Of a stretch of DNA of 64,000 nt, positions 46,801 through 59,747 are shown piece after piece. Position 1 is the stretch's first letter; each line of letters opens with the position of its first letter. The stretch is from Camelus dromedarius. Lineage: Eukaryota. The stretch spans positions 48,610,001 through 48,674,000 of the forward strand of contig NC_087447.1 in assembly GCF_036321535.1 (NCBI RefSeq), in the 5' to 3' direction. The translations under genes were made by a program, and so were the position numbers. The notes under the pieces are model-generated. The model was not told the DNA's origin. It made no database searches and saw only the letters and a list, made by a program, of their open reading frames with translations.

Positions 46801-49733
46801 TGGAGACGGAGAACAGTTTGTCATATTACTTCTTACTTTGAGTCCTTCAATAAAAGATTCAATTAATAACTCAAGACTTATTAAACTATCTCAATAGCTT
46901 TCTCCCCTCCAGAGTTAAATGATCTTAATCTTTTGAACTTTCTCTCAGTGGTCTTATTTTCCAATCTATATTTTATTCCTTTTTAGTTCTGCTATATCCT
47001 CCCCTCCCCTGTTCCCATTGGATCCTAAAACACAGCATCTTAGCAGGAACTGAATCAGTAAGAGGGGTACTTTTTCTCACCTCCTCAAAGGCCTCTTTGG
47101 CCTCTTTTTAGTGGTCACTAATAAATCATCACTATCTGTTCGTCATAACAACACATAAACAAAAGTAAACAACTTGCCCACAGCCAGTCCATTCCCTACT
47201 TTCGGGTGTTAAGTTTGCCCTTCACACGAAGCATTCCTTGTGCCGCTGTACTGACCTTTCTATTGTTTGTTTATTTCTACTGTTTATTCTGTTTATTTCC
47301 AATATATGCTTTGACCTTGCCCTACTAATTCTTTCCTTTTCCCAAAGTTCTAGAAAATCCCAGTTTAAAAAAAAATTTTTTTCATGGAGGTATGGGGATT
47401 GAACCCAGGACCTTGTGCATGCTAAGCATGCAGTCTACCACTGAACTATATCCACCTCTCTAGAAAATCCCAGTTTTGATCTACACACTGAAAAAGAATG
47501 CATTCATTTCCATATTATTCATAAAGAAAAAGATAAACAGTGTAGATTCTAAGGCTGAGATCTACTGGTCAGCACTTCTGTTTCTCCTGGATGGTGTGGG
47601 CTACTAAATTGACCCTGCTAAGCAAGCGTACACCCACTGTGTCAAGTTCTTGTTAAATATGCTCAGACAGACTCAAGAACTTGGCTAGAATCAAAGAATT
47701 CTCTTATATACACTTCAGGAACATCTGTAAAGTTTTGTTAATTTTAACTTGGGATTTTAAAATTTTTGAGATAAGAATCCAAACCTTAATGACTTTTCTC
47801 TGTGATTAACATGACCTAAGTGCTGCATTATATTAAAGCACTAAAAACTGTTCTCTTTATAATAGAATGACAGTATGACATGGCTTTAGTGATTATAAGT
47901 CAGCTATTGTATCATTTTAGCTCCACTTTGTTCTTCAGTCACTGAAACACAGATACTAAAACCGAATATACATATTTTTCATATATATAAGCATTGTTCA
48001 TACCACTTTGTAGAATATAGGTCATTTCCTAAATTACAATCTACATTCCTAAAAGCAAATAAAGCAAAACAATCTACATATTTCTTTTTCAGTGCAAAGC
48101 CTTTGAAAACAAACTCGATCAGAAATATGGTTCTCTACATTTAGTTGCGTATTATCTACAGTCATACAAGATTTAGCAATAAGAAAGCAAGGAAGGAACA
48201 AATTAACAATAGTGGCAATACAATAATTTGAAAATTATATTCAGATTATCTGGGTTTAACCAAATGTTAGTCAACAGCTGCAGTAAGCCAAACTATGATT
48301 TAATAAATATTCTAGTCAGTTCAAATTTTGTATTATTATTATTATTTAGGAAATAAATTCTCTAATACTAGTTACCTCTCGTAGGCAATTTGTTTAGTAT
48401 GATTATGTACACCTAAGGCCTTGTTGTTGTTATCTCTTAACTATACACCACATACGTTTAAGTACTCTGTTAGCTATAGGGCAGGGTATGCTTTAAGAAG
48501 ATTAAATAGTGTTTCTCTATTAACTCTTTTTTTTTTTTTAAGAAGACTACAGAATCAAGCAAAATCGATTTTCCAAAAATTTTTTCCCACATTGAGAAAG
48601 ATAAATAGTACTCTTGTGATCAGAAATTCTACAGAAGTCAGTAAGATGTTAAGATAAACTGGACTTTAGTTTTAAAACATGTAGTTTTAGTGTTGCATAA
48701 TATCTTAAATCTGGATGTTTTATTTCTTAGTAAAATTAGCATTATTTCATTTGATAAAGAAATATAAAAATGTAATTTAAAAGTTCTACTTTTAAATAAA
48801 TTCACAGCTCCTATCTCAGTTCAGATGTTTTTCTTTAAAGGCTGTGATAACTGACACAATTCTAATATGAATATCCTTAACTACAGGTACACTGACCCTG
48901 CTTTTAAGATTTTGGTGCACATACGTAAGATTTTAAAATCAACAAACCTATTTGATATAGAGGGGAAGCACCTATATAGTTTGGAAGGTTTTCCTTAACT
49001 ATTCGCAAATTAAATGATAAATTACATTCAATGCAAGAACACTATTTCAATTCAAACCATACCCTGAGAAGGCACTGAGAAATTTGACAAGAACCAAGCC
49101 ACTAGGAGTGTTGCCACTATTGTTTTATGTTCAGTAAATGTCAGGACTTTAACTAAATACAATAACTTTACACTGCACCAAGAGCACCTGAAACAGGTGC
49201 TGAAACCATATATTGTAACATCTGTTCTAAGCTAGAAATGTTAAATACCCTACTTCAAATACTCTAATTTGTAAGTTAGATATAACTATGATACTTCTCC
49301 ACAGTTTTCTGGGAGCAGTGCCAATTTTATAGATTAATTTCCTTAACTAATTCTACATTTATCTCTCTTAAAAAAAAAAACATGCAACACACAATTACAA
49401 GAATACGGAACTAAGTAAGCTTAATCACACTTTCCCAAGAAAACTCACATTAGTATTGTTTTGTTTCTGTTGGAGGAAGAATGATGTATTACCATAATAC
49501 TTTTAATGTAATGACTTTTGTTCAAGATTATGAACAAATTTGAAACATTTCTCTCCAGACCATTTCATTTCAAATTTATACAGTTTGTTTAGTCAGCCAC
49601 CTAAAAGAAGATAAAACCAAACAGACTTGGCCAGATGAGACAGAGAGAGAATGTTAACACGAGTTCAATGTGTGGAGTTCTTGGTTGTTCTGTTCCATAT
49701 GCCAGGGAAAATTAATGAGTGTACTGGTGTACA
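43880..49733 (-). other. PGM2L1: Probable long 3' UTR of PGM2L1 (distal end uncertain)
   Basis: AT-rich, largely repeat-poor sequence after the stop. Minus-strand AATAAA candidates at 48719-48724, 46425-46430, 44418-44423, 44175-44180 and 43880-43885; the one used cannot be determined from sequence. Confidence 0.55.
47367..47458 (-). mobile_element. Vic-1-like SINE in the PGM2L1 3' UTR, sense to the mRNA
   Basis: A- and B-box on the minus strand; perfect 18-bp target duplication TCTAGAAAATCCCAGTTT at 47349-47366 and 47459-47476. Confidence 0.88.
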
Positions 49734-49836
49734 CTAAACAGAACGCCAGGTCAGGCCATTCTTACTGGGCTCAAGAAAATGCTCAATCAAAGCATCAATG
49801 AGTTTCTTCAATTCCTCTTCTAGTAAGGCAGTGTCA
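49734..49836 (-). CDS. PGM2L1: PGM2L1 terminal coding exon
   Basis: Acceptor tcctcag; DTALLEEELKKLIDALIEHFLEPSKNGLTWRSV then TAG at 49736-49734. Confidence 0.95.
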
Positions 49837-50899
49837 CTGAGGAAAAAGGTTAGAAGTTTTGAAATTCTTTATTTTCATAGTTTTAAAATTTGTTTACATT
49901 GTTATAACTTTTTAAGAGGGCATATACCTGATGGATGATTAGATAATTGGTAAACAAAAGAGAAATTCAGTTGAAACAAAACAAAACAAGGCCAAAGGTG
50001 GGAAGAGGGGAATCACACACACAGAACACCATTATCACAAACTAAAGTTGAACTGCACTAAAAGGAGTTGCCTGGTACATGAAACATGGCTGAGTTACAT
50101 ACAGCATGTCTAAAGATTTCTCCTGGGTCAGGTAATTTAATGGCTTAGAACACTAATACCAGGTATTAACATAAAATGACTTCCTGAAATACTTTGAAGA
50201 GTACCCAGTATAGATACTATGGGATGATACGGTGTTTATTTCAGGTAGCAGAGAAAGAAGTGTGACTCAAAGAATGAGATATTTAAAAAATAACAACTAT
50301 GCCCTTCAAAGTCATCACCTGAAGAGCTAACATTGTCCAAAACATTTCTAGGAAGGCCTCTTTAAAACTGCCTTCACATACAGTCATTTTACAAGCTATA
50401 CAACAAATCAATTTTTATTACTTTAATAATTATCCTTCATTTTTAACCAAATATAGCATTACACAATTTGGTTTACTTTACACTCTGCTCTGAATGACTT
50501 CAGGAGGTCATTTTCTCCCTCAAAGGAAATAAATCTACTCCTAAACACAAAGACTTATGGAAATAGTAAATAATGTAACTTGGGCTCTCAAGGCAATTCC
50601 AAAAAATCTCCTTTCCAAATAAATATTTATCAATGACAACGTTATAGGAAATACTACTTATAAAAGTTTAAAGAGCCTTTGAGTATGCTTATTAAAGGTA
50701 ATTTAGTCATAATTCATACTCTTAAAAGGAAATAAATTGGGCAGATTAAGTCATATCATATTAGATGTAGAAAATGAATGTTTGGCAATAAATAAATTAT
50801 TTGTTGATCATCTGTTTATGTTCATCATATAATAGTTAAAGCTCAGAGAGCTTTCCCAGGAATATAAATTCACTAAAGAATTAAAATTCAGTTCCCAAA

Positions 50900-51510
50900 T
50901 AATATAGCCTCTTTGGAAATCAGTCTGGCAGTTCCTTAAAAGGTTAAACATATGACCCAGCAATTCTACTCCTAGATATATACCCAAGTGAAATGAAAAT
51001 ATACGTCCACACAGATACTTGTACACAAACATTTAGAGTACCATTATTCCTAACAGCCAAAATGTGGAAACAACCCAAATGTCTATCACCTGATAAATGG
51101 ATAAAAAATGTGGTATATCCATACAGTGGAATATCACTGGGCCATGAAAACAAATTAAAAAAAAAAAAGAATAAGGTACTGATTGATGCTAACATGGATG
51201 AACCTTGAAAACATTATGCTAAGTAAAAGAGGCTAGTCACAAAGGACCACATATTGTATGATTCCATTATGAAATGTCCAGAGTAAGCAAATCTCTGATG
51301 ACAAATAGTAGATTGGTGGTTGCCTAGGGCTGGGAGGGAGGGGAATGGGGAGTGACTGCTAATGGTATAGGGTTTCTTTTTGAGGTGATGAAAATGTCCT
51401 AAAATTAATTATAGTGATATTTGCACAGCTCTGAATATACTAAAACCTATTGTGTTGTATACTAGAAATGGCTGAACTGAAGGGTATGTGAATTACATCT
51501 CAACAAAGCT
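50900..51510 (+). mobile_element. L1MB-type 3' end in the last PGM2L1 intron
   Basis: CATATGACCCAGCAATTCTACTCCTAG...GGAAACAACCCAAATGTC...GTATGTGAATTACATCTCAACAAAGCT. Confidence 0.87.
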
Positions 51511-51542
51511 TGTGTGTGTGTGTGTGTGTACACACACACACA
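51511..51542. repeat. (TG)9-TA-(CA)6 compound microsatellite
   Basis: Read directly from the sequence. Confidence 0.95.
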
Positions 51543-51568
51543 TATTTATTTAAAAAGTCAATTCTCAC

Positions 51569-51702
51569 CTCTGCTCAGGTGATGCACACATCTCTGCATA
51601 ATACTTTATCTTTGGTTCTGTCCCACTTGTCCGAAGAGTAGCAACACAGCCGTTTTGAAAAGTAAATGTAATCATTTGGCTGTTTTTACTCATAGGCAGC
51701 AC
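51569..51702 (-). CDS. PGM2L1: PGM2L1 penultimate exon with the phosphate-binding loop
   Basis: Acceptor tgcatag, donor gtgaga; [44 protein letters not shown]. Confidence 0.95.
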
Positions 51703-51769
51703 CTATGCACAAATGTAACAACAGCTTAATTATACTTGGTACCTTTCTCATTTTCAAGTGTTGTAAAAT

Positions 51770-52025
51770 ACATTCTACTTATATGAGGTATGTAAAATAG
51801 TAAAATTCATAGAAACAGAAAGTAGAAGGGTGATTGTCAAGGGCTAGGGGGAGGGGGAAATGAGGACTTGTTTAAGGGGTACAGAGCTTCAGTTTAGCAA
51901 GATGAAAAAGTTCTGGAGATCTGCTGCACAACAATATGAATACAGTTTACTGAACTGTACTCTTAAAAATGATTAAGATGGTAAATTTTATGTTATGTAT
52001 TTTTTACCACAATTAAAAAATTTTA
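51770..52025 (+). mobile_element. Short L1M 3' end
   Basis: ATTCTACTTATATGAGGTA...GCAAGATGAAAAAGTTCTGGAGAT...AAGATGGTAAATTTTATGTTATG. Confidence 0.82.
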
Positions 52026-54505
52026 AATACTCTTAAAAGAATTTTAAAATACAAAAGATTACATATATGGTAATTCATAAATGTACCATTTACTGAACAT
52101 TTATAATAGCACAGGCATTGGGTTATGTAACTTATACACATGATCTCCAGGTCTCAGCAATAATCCTGAAAAGTAAATATTACTGCCAATTTATGGACAA
52201 GGCTCAAAGAGAGTAAACAACCTGCTCAAGGTAATCAGCTAAGTGGCAGAACAAGAAGTTAAAGCCAGGTCTATCTGTGTCAAAGTACAAACTTCCTCTA
52301 TGTCTGCAAAATGCTTTACAATTTCAAAGCACTTTCACAGACAGTTTATCAATAGTCTCCAAAGCAGAGTGCATGTATCTTAGAGGATGGGTAAAATCAT
52401 CCATTGGGATGCAGTAAAATTTTTTTTACCTAAAAATTAAAACAAGAAATGAAGCTTTACTGACATTGAATATATAACCCTAATACTTTTCCTGGACCAC
52501 ACATCAGTCCGTGAAGTCATCTCGAGGGAACTGTGAAGTTGTCCTAGGATGGAGGGGTTGACAGTGGTGCCTTCCCATCTTGAGCCCGGTCCTCTCCGTG
52601 GGACCTCTTTCTCAGTCTGGTACTACCACACACTAGTTGCTTAAGACAGAGACCTTCCTTCCTGCCTTTTCACTCACAGGCCATAAGTATCAAGTCCTGC
52701 CTATTCTATCCTTTAACTCAACACTGTCTGACTCTCTCCATCACTACTGCTGCTTTATTACATTCAGGCTTCCATCATCTCTCGTCTTGATTACTGAAAT
52801 AGCATGCTAACTCCTCCTGCCTGCAAGTTTGCCCCCTTAACCCATGCACCATACATGCCATTCTGCCTTGCACACATTACAGCTAGAGGAACTACTTGTG
52901 GTTCTTTGAAGGAAAACATGCCTTTTCACCTCCAGACATAGCACCTGCTGCTCCCTTTGCCTGAAACACCCTCTGTTCCTCCTACAGCTGGATAACTCCT
53001 ACTCATACTCTAGAACTCAGCTCACTAAGTTGTCTAAAAAGCCTTCCATAAGCCCCTCAAGTCTGAGGGAGGGACCTCCCTATGCTCTTCTATGGCACCC
53101 TATGCACCCCCTGGTAGCCCTTATCATTTTGTAAAGTAATCACTGTTTACTTGTCCATTTCCCCACTAGACTCCTGAGCATAGAAACGGTGCCTTTGTCA
53201 GTACTGTGTTCCCAGTGGGCCTGTGCCTATAGCACAGAAGGGTTTTGATAAATGCCTACTGAACACACAGAGGAATGCCAATCTGAAATGTGGAAAAGAA
53301 AAAAGCAGTAGTCTTTGACACTTACAATGTGATGTCAGGGGGTTAAATATCTAGACTACCAGCCTTACAAAACTGTATGAGCATCAGTACAGAACAGATA
53401 GGAAAGCACTCTGAATAACAAATACCATAAACTTTAAAGGGAGTCAAGAGGAAGTGCCAAGAACTATTCTAAGCATAGCAACATTAGAGAAATAAAAAGA
53501 AGCAAAAACTCTGGTTCTTCTTTTCAAGTAGTTTACAAAAACAGATAAGTATGTATACACATATACACACACATATATGTGCATATACACAGAATAACCA
53601 CAACTGAGAACCAATTTTTGTTGACTGGATGAATAAACACAAAGTGAATACAGGTAGTATTCTACACAAAAGGCTGAAGATTTCCCAAAATACATTATGT
53701 CCCTAGAATCTTGAGACAACATCAGAATGTTATAAACAGAAATTTAGGCTAATAATACTAATAATAATAAAATAAATACAATCAGCAATCTGCGGCATTT
53801 AAATATTTTTTGAGGACCTACCATGTAGCAGGAGCTTTGAAAGACATAAAGGTATATTAGAAATGCATCTGCCACACACAATGCAATGATAACATAAGGT
53901 AGAAAGTGCTAAATGACAAGCGGAAGGCACAATATATAACGAAACCTCAGGAGGAAGATATCTGATCATGGAGCCTGGAGGGTACGTGGAGGAGGTAACA
54001 TTTGCCTGAAGTCTTAGATAATGGCTAAAATGTGGATCTGCAGCAGTAGGAAGAAAAGGTGGACTGAGGAAACAGCTTGAGCAAAAACAGAAAAAAAATT
54101 TTAATTTGAAAAAAAATTTTAAATGTATGTATGTAAGAAACTATGTTATTCTATTTGGCTGGAGGTATAGGGAATAAGACTGAAAAGGGAAGTTGTACAT
54201 CTTTGAAATGATAGGCTTTTAGACTTTATTTTCAACATTATTTAGCATCATCATGCATTCTCCCTCCCTTTCTGTCTCTCTCCTTCCCACTCTCCACCCT
54301 CAGGGGGCAGCACACACGTGGGAGTGAGGAGGGCAGGAGGACAGGATCAGAGTCAGAGAGCCAGTGAGTGAACATACAACTGCTCCAGAGAAAAATAATG
54401 GGTCCTAGTTTCAAGAAACTCACTGGCTTGACCTGCCACTATTTTACTATAGTATGAATTATTACAAATTGTTAAACACTTAAAAAAAAAAAAAAAGGTA
54501 CTTAC

Positions 54506-54695
54506 TGATTTCTTATTAGGCTGGCTGCTGTCATATCCAGTGGTAACATCTCGTACATGCAGTATAGGAAATGTCCCACAAAATTTGGGGTACTCTTTTG
54601 GAGAATCAAAATTGCGAAGCCTTTCAAATATACTTTTGATGGTAGTTGGATCATAACACAAGAAATATGAAGTTTTTGAAATATGATAACCATAT
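54506..54695 (-). CDS. PGM2L1: PGM2L1 exon (probably 12)
   Basis: Acceptor tgtgcag, donor gtaagt; YGYHISKTSYFLCYDPTTIKSIFERLRNFDSPKEYPKFCGTFPILHVRDVTTGYDSSQPNKKS. Confidence 0.95.
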
Positions 54696-54925
54696 CTGCA
54701 CAAAGATTTAAAATGTTAAAATCAGATTTCAAGACACTCTTTAGAAAAGTATGTATTAAAGATAAGACTATTCAGTGTTATGCAGAAAGTGGCAGTCCTT
54801 AATGCAGATAATTTTAGTACTTTTAAAAAAAGAATGACTATTCCTCAAAAACAAATTTCAAAAGCTAAAATTAAGACAAAAAAATGAAAAATTTAAAATG
54901 CAAAATGTGTAACAGTAGAACTTAC

Positions 54926-55055
54926 TTTTCATAAACCTTAATCAGTTGTTGTTTCAATGTTATATCCATGGTTTCCAAGTAAGATGCCATCTCGGCAACA
55001 ACGGCGGCTGCACTCACCCCATCTTTATCCAAAACTGAAGTTCCACACAGAAAAC
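54926..55055 (-). CDS. PGM2L1: PGM2L1 exon (probably 11)
   Basis: Acceptor ttctcag, donor gtaagt; GFLCGTSVLDKDGVSAAAVVAEMASYLETMDITLKQQLIKVYE. Confidence 0.95.
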
Positions 55056-55361
55056 CTGAGAATTAAAAACATCTTTAAAAAGGAGGAAAACATAAGCATA
55101 CACATATAGATATAGTTACAATGGTTTTACATTTCTTCAGCAGGACCAATGAATTAAAAAGCCTAGTAGTAAATGAAACCCACTGATACTGAAGGTATTT
55201 AGGGGACCTTTAAGGGTTTTTTTCCTGATGAGAAATGCATCTACATATTTCTGAGTTCTCGGTGGTTTTTACAACTCAAAATGCAAAACCAGATGACAAA
55301 AATTCCTATTTTAAAAAATGCTCTCATTCAAATTTCAAACATTTTAATATTTACCACATAC

Positions 55362-55455
55362 CAATAGACTCTTCAAATGAAAAAAGGACTTCTTTCCCAT
55401 TTTCCAGGAGGTCTTTTATCCTACTTCCAATCCATTTAAAACCTGGTAATGTTTC
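55362..55455 (-). CDS. PGM2L1: PGM2L1 exon (probably 10)
   Basis: Acceptor atttcag, donor gtatgt; ETLPGFKWIGSRIKDLLENGKEVLFSFEESI. Confidence 0.95.
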
Positions 55456-57164
55456 CTGAAATGCAGAGAAGGCCACCCTTGTTAAGTGACTCATAAAAAT
55501 ACATATTAGAGAAAAGCCTGTCACTAAATGCACATAACACTTTCATAATGATCTGTTATGGTCTTTGGTCTACAAAGACTTATATATTGGTAAACATATG
55601 GTCATAAAGTACATGGATATACACACTGCCACAACTGATGACCTACTATTTATCGAGCACAGTAGTAGGTATTTTATACCAAACATAATCCAATAAGTGG
55701 TGATGTATACAGTCACAAAGTAACATAAATACACACATACATTATGATCATCTATTTATCAAGCACTCTAACAGCTGCTTTACGTCATCATCTTTTTTAA
55801 TGCTCACAAAAACTCTTTTGCTGAAACAGCGGCTCAGAGGTTCAGCAAATTTGCTCAAGATTATGCTGCATATAAAAGATGGAGCCAGGATTCAATTATA
55901 CTGCTTCTCAGAAACTTTCCTGCAAGCTGCTTTATAAGCATTAATGTAAGATTGCCTATGAAGATTGTAATTTAGTCCCCCTGAGTAACCAAATGCCATA
56001 AAGCTTTTAAATGATGCACTTTCAGCACTATCTCAACATGTATATGAACCACGTGTACCTTACCATAACACCATGGCTCAAATAAATACATCAAGAAACT
56101 TACTAAGTCCTTCTTTGGTCATTTTCATCTGTTGAGCTACTATTCATTTTAAAGACATGAACTGTTTTAGCGTCGAAAGAGTGTGTGATGCCCACTGACT
56201 CCAGAGTTCTCCATTACTAATTTAAGATTCCTTATTCACCTCTCTATACCTCCTCACTGGAAAAAAAATAAAAAAAAAAAACCTCTGCTGCACTGCCCAC
56301 TACCCCAATGAAAACAAGGAAGGAAATTTATAATACTAGTCTTCAGAATCATGTTCTTTTTTTCTCTTTTGTGCTCATTATACATTTTTCTTACCACAAG
56401 GAAAAGGTTCAGGCTTCAATAAATTCTCTTCTATTTTGCTATCTGTATTTTAGAAAGCCTGAAACTGTAAGTTCTGTATCATTAAGGTACAATTTTCTTT
56501 TATTCAGTCAATTAGTGTTAAGACCTATAACTTGACTGTGACTCAAGAAAAATGCCCAGAGGTGACTTTTTCACTGATAGTTGGCAAAGATGGCAGTGGA
56601 GAAGCAATTTAATTGGCATTAGTAAAAAATGGTCAGCCTAACTGCCTGAGGCTCACAAAGGTTAATGATTTGGGCTGAGAGCGAATCATTACTTGTTTTT
56701 TGGATGTAGAATCACTGAGTCTTAATTTGCAATTTAGAAGACTACTTCAAGTTTCTTAAGACTGAATTCTAAGAGCCTAAACAAGCAGTCAATGACATAT
56801 ATAATTTTGGAGAGTGGAGTTTCTGTTACTGATGAGGTCACTGGGAACCAGATTTTCTCAGTATGAAAACTAGGTGCTGTTGCACAGAATAATAAACATT
56901 AATGCAATTTTTAAAGAACATCTTATCTTACTAGTTTCAGAAATTCACATACAGGATGAATTTGGCTCAAGGTGTCTAAACGATCAAAAAGATTAAGCAA
57001 GTGTTAACAGAATTAGGAAAAAAAAGAGGGAATTAGGAATAATTCCTAAATCAATAAATCAGTATCAAAAATCAAAAATCAATAAAAGTCAGTTTTACTG
57101 GGGCGACAACTTCAATTTATAGACAGGTTTAGAAAAGTAGCACGCAGATATTATCTATTCTTAC

Positions 57165-57345
57165 TTCAAAATGAAATCCTTCTTTAAGAGCAATTGCCTT
57201 CAAAATTTTGGAGGAGACTGTGGTGGCTAACATATAAACATCCTTCACATCAGCGTTTTTTGATTTATTTTTCTTCCAGCAATCAAACATCCACCACCCA
57301 AATAAAGCTGCCAACTCATTCCCTGTGAAAACTTTCCAATCACCA
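57165..57345 (-). CDS. PGM2L1: PGM2L1 exon (probably 9)
   Basis: Acceptor tctgcag, donor gtaaga; GDWKVFTGNELAALFGWWMFDCWKKNKSKNADVKDVYMLATTVSSKILKAIALKEGFHFE. Confidence 0.95.
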
Positions 57346-58112
57346 CTGCAGAGAGAATGAAAATTCAAGTCAAGACCTCTATAACTTGTCATTAAAACTT
57401 TTTGATCCAAGACCTACAATATAAATTACCATCCTTCACATAGGAAAACCCAAACACTACCGCATGTGATTTTTGAGAAAACATTTATTACTTCTTTCCT
57501 AACTGTCCAGGGTGAGCTTAGGGTAGGAATGGCAACAATGTCCTCTGAAAAATTATTACACTGTGACTTTAATTTTCCTGCTTAAAGAGAAAAAAATTAT
57601 AGTATGATGTCTTCTTTATGTAAGGACATTTGTCACAACACTATAACGGCAAAAATACACAGCAACCCAAAGAATCAAGATTAGGAGCTGATTGCATTGA
57701 TAAAGTAATCTGCTGGGATATTCTGCCATTTTTTTTAAATTGGAGTATAGTCAGTTTACAATGCTGTGTCATTCTGCCATTTCAAAAATTAGTATTTTAA
57801 ACAAAATTTAAGGACAGAGAAAAATGCTCCCAGTACAATATCAAGTGGAAAATAATCAAGATATAAAGCTAGATATAGTATGATCACAATTATATAAAAA
57901 ACAAATATTTCTTAACTATTTGAATAGAAAAAACACGCGAAGGAAAAGTCAAAATATCATCCTAGCTGGTTATCTCTGGATGGTGGACTTATAAGAGATT
58001 TCTTTTCTTTTTTTTTTTTTTAAATTATTATTTCCAATGAGCCTGTAAGACTTAAAATCAAAAATTGTTTTTCAAAGTGTAAGCTTTTTATCAAGTAAGA
58101 GGTTCTACTTAC

Positions 58113-58210
58113 TTCTCCTGAAGTTCCGCCACTGCCAGTCGGTCTGCATCAGGATCTGTGGCTAGCACTATCCGGGCACTTTCTTTCTCTGCCAGTCTCA
58201 AAGATAATTC
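58113..58210 (-). CDS. PGM2L1: PGM2L1 exon (probably 8) with the metal-binding loop
   Basis: Acceptor atttcag, donor gtaagt; ELSLRLAEKESARIVLATDPDADRLAVAELQE. Confidence 0.95.
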
Positions 58211-58527
58211 CTGAAATGGTGACCCAAAAAGCTGAATTGCATTGAAGATGGTTAAATTTAATGTTCATATTCCTAAATATAGGCACTATGTTAAGTGATA
58301 TGAATTTTACAAGGAATATAGTTTGGATAAATTTAAAATAAGCCTAGAAGTAGGGATATCCACTATAGAGATTTCAAATAAAGCAGAACATGTGGCTCTA
58401 ATATAATTTAAAAGATGTAAACTAAAGTGGTTTTAGCTTTATAGGCAATCTTTGAATTGTCAATGAGTTCTACTCACTCGATAAAGTTTAATACAGTAAT
58501 AATAATTTAAATATAGAAAAAAAATAC

Positions 58528-58717
58528 CAGCACAGATTCTCCTTCTTCAGGATTTGGGCATTTAACAGTAGAAAAGTCTGGATCAGGATCTTTTTGTTCT
58601 GGTACTGGAATTGGAGGCTTAAAACCAAATACTTGAAAAGCCAACTGCACATAGTCATGTCCAACTCCATGAAAAGATGTATGTATAAACTTCAAGGTGG
58701 TCTTTGAGTTTAACTCC
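58528..58717 (-). CDS. PGM2L1: PGM2L1 exon (probably 7)
   Basis: Acceptor tttacag, donor gtattt; ELNSKTTLKFIHTSFHGVGHDYVQLAFQVFGFKPPIPVPEQKDPDPDFSTVKCPNPEEGESVL. Confidence 0.95.
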
Positions 58718-58977
58718 CTGTAAAGGAAAATCATCATTCAATCAATATTATAAAACTCATTACTTGTGATATAATTAAAATAAGCTAGAGAAAAAGCTAA
58801 AATATGTTGTGCTAGGATAGGGAAGATATACTCAACAAGCCAGGATGTTTTCTAAAAGTAGTGTTAGCTATTTATGGAATAGTTATAGAAATATGAAAAT
58901 AGGGAAGGAAAAATCAAGTTTTACAGGAAATTTCCTGATCTTATATAGAGTGAATACATATATTCAGCTATAATTTT

Positions 58978-59444
58978 TAACAGCTTTATTGAGAGGTAAT
59001 TAATATACTATACAATTGATCCATTTAAAATATACAATTCAATGGCTTGCATTATATTCACAGAGTTGTTCAACCATTATCATAATCAATTTTAGAACAT
59101 TTCCATTACCCCCAAAAGAAACCCCATACCCCACAGCTGCCACACTCTAACCTTCCCATTTCTTCCAGCCATGGGCAAATACTAGTATACTTTTTGTTTC
59201 TATCTCTACAGATTTGCCTACTCTGGATGTTTCACATCAATGGAACCATATACTATGTGGTCCTTTGTGAGACTGGCTTCCTTCACGCAGCATGTTTTTA
59301 AAGTTTATCCATGTTGTAGTATGCAACAGTATTTCATTTCTTTTTACTGCTGAATAATATTTCATTGTATGGATATACTACATACTTAGTTAATGGATAT
59401 TTGGGTTATTTCTACTTTTTGACTATTACGAATAGTACTACTTG
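58978..59444 (-). mobile_element. L1MB-type 3' end with target duplication
   Basis: AACAGCTTTATTGAG...CATTACCCCCAAAAGAAACCCC; GCTATAATTTT at 58967-58977 and 59445-59455. Confidence 0.87.
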
Positions 59445-59553
59445 GCTATAATTTTAATATAATAAATAGCCATCACATTTTTATCTGTATTTCTTTCCCT
59501 TATTTGTTAATCTTATTCTAAGGTAATATTATCCTATATTCCCACTTGAATAC

Positions 59554-59747
59554 CTGTGAAAACAGATCTTTTGCAGATCTTCCATGTATCTTCTACAAAT
59601 GTCCTGCAGAGGATCTCTCTTCAGTGGGCTGGTATCCACTAAATTATCATTCCAGGAACCATTCCAGGGTTCCACACACTCTTCTATACATTTCAGAATT
59701 TCTTTATCATGAGGAGATGTGATCTGAGCACCATTTTCCCAATAAAC
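59554..59747 (-). CDS. PGM2L1: PGM2L1 exon (probably 6)
   Basis: Acceptor catctag, donor gtattc; VYWENGAQITSPHDKEILKCIEECVEPWNGSWNDNLVDTSPLKRDPLQDICRRYMEDLQKICFH. Confidence 0.95.

Noticed and set aside
58520..59553. U12-type introns suggested by GTAT donors in PGM2L1
   Set aside because: Donors read GTATTT and GTATTC, not the U12 consensus RTATCCTT.
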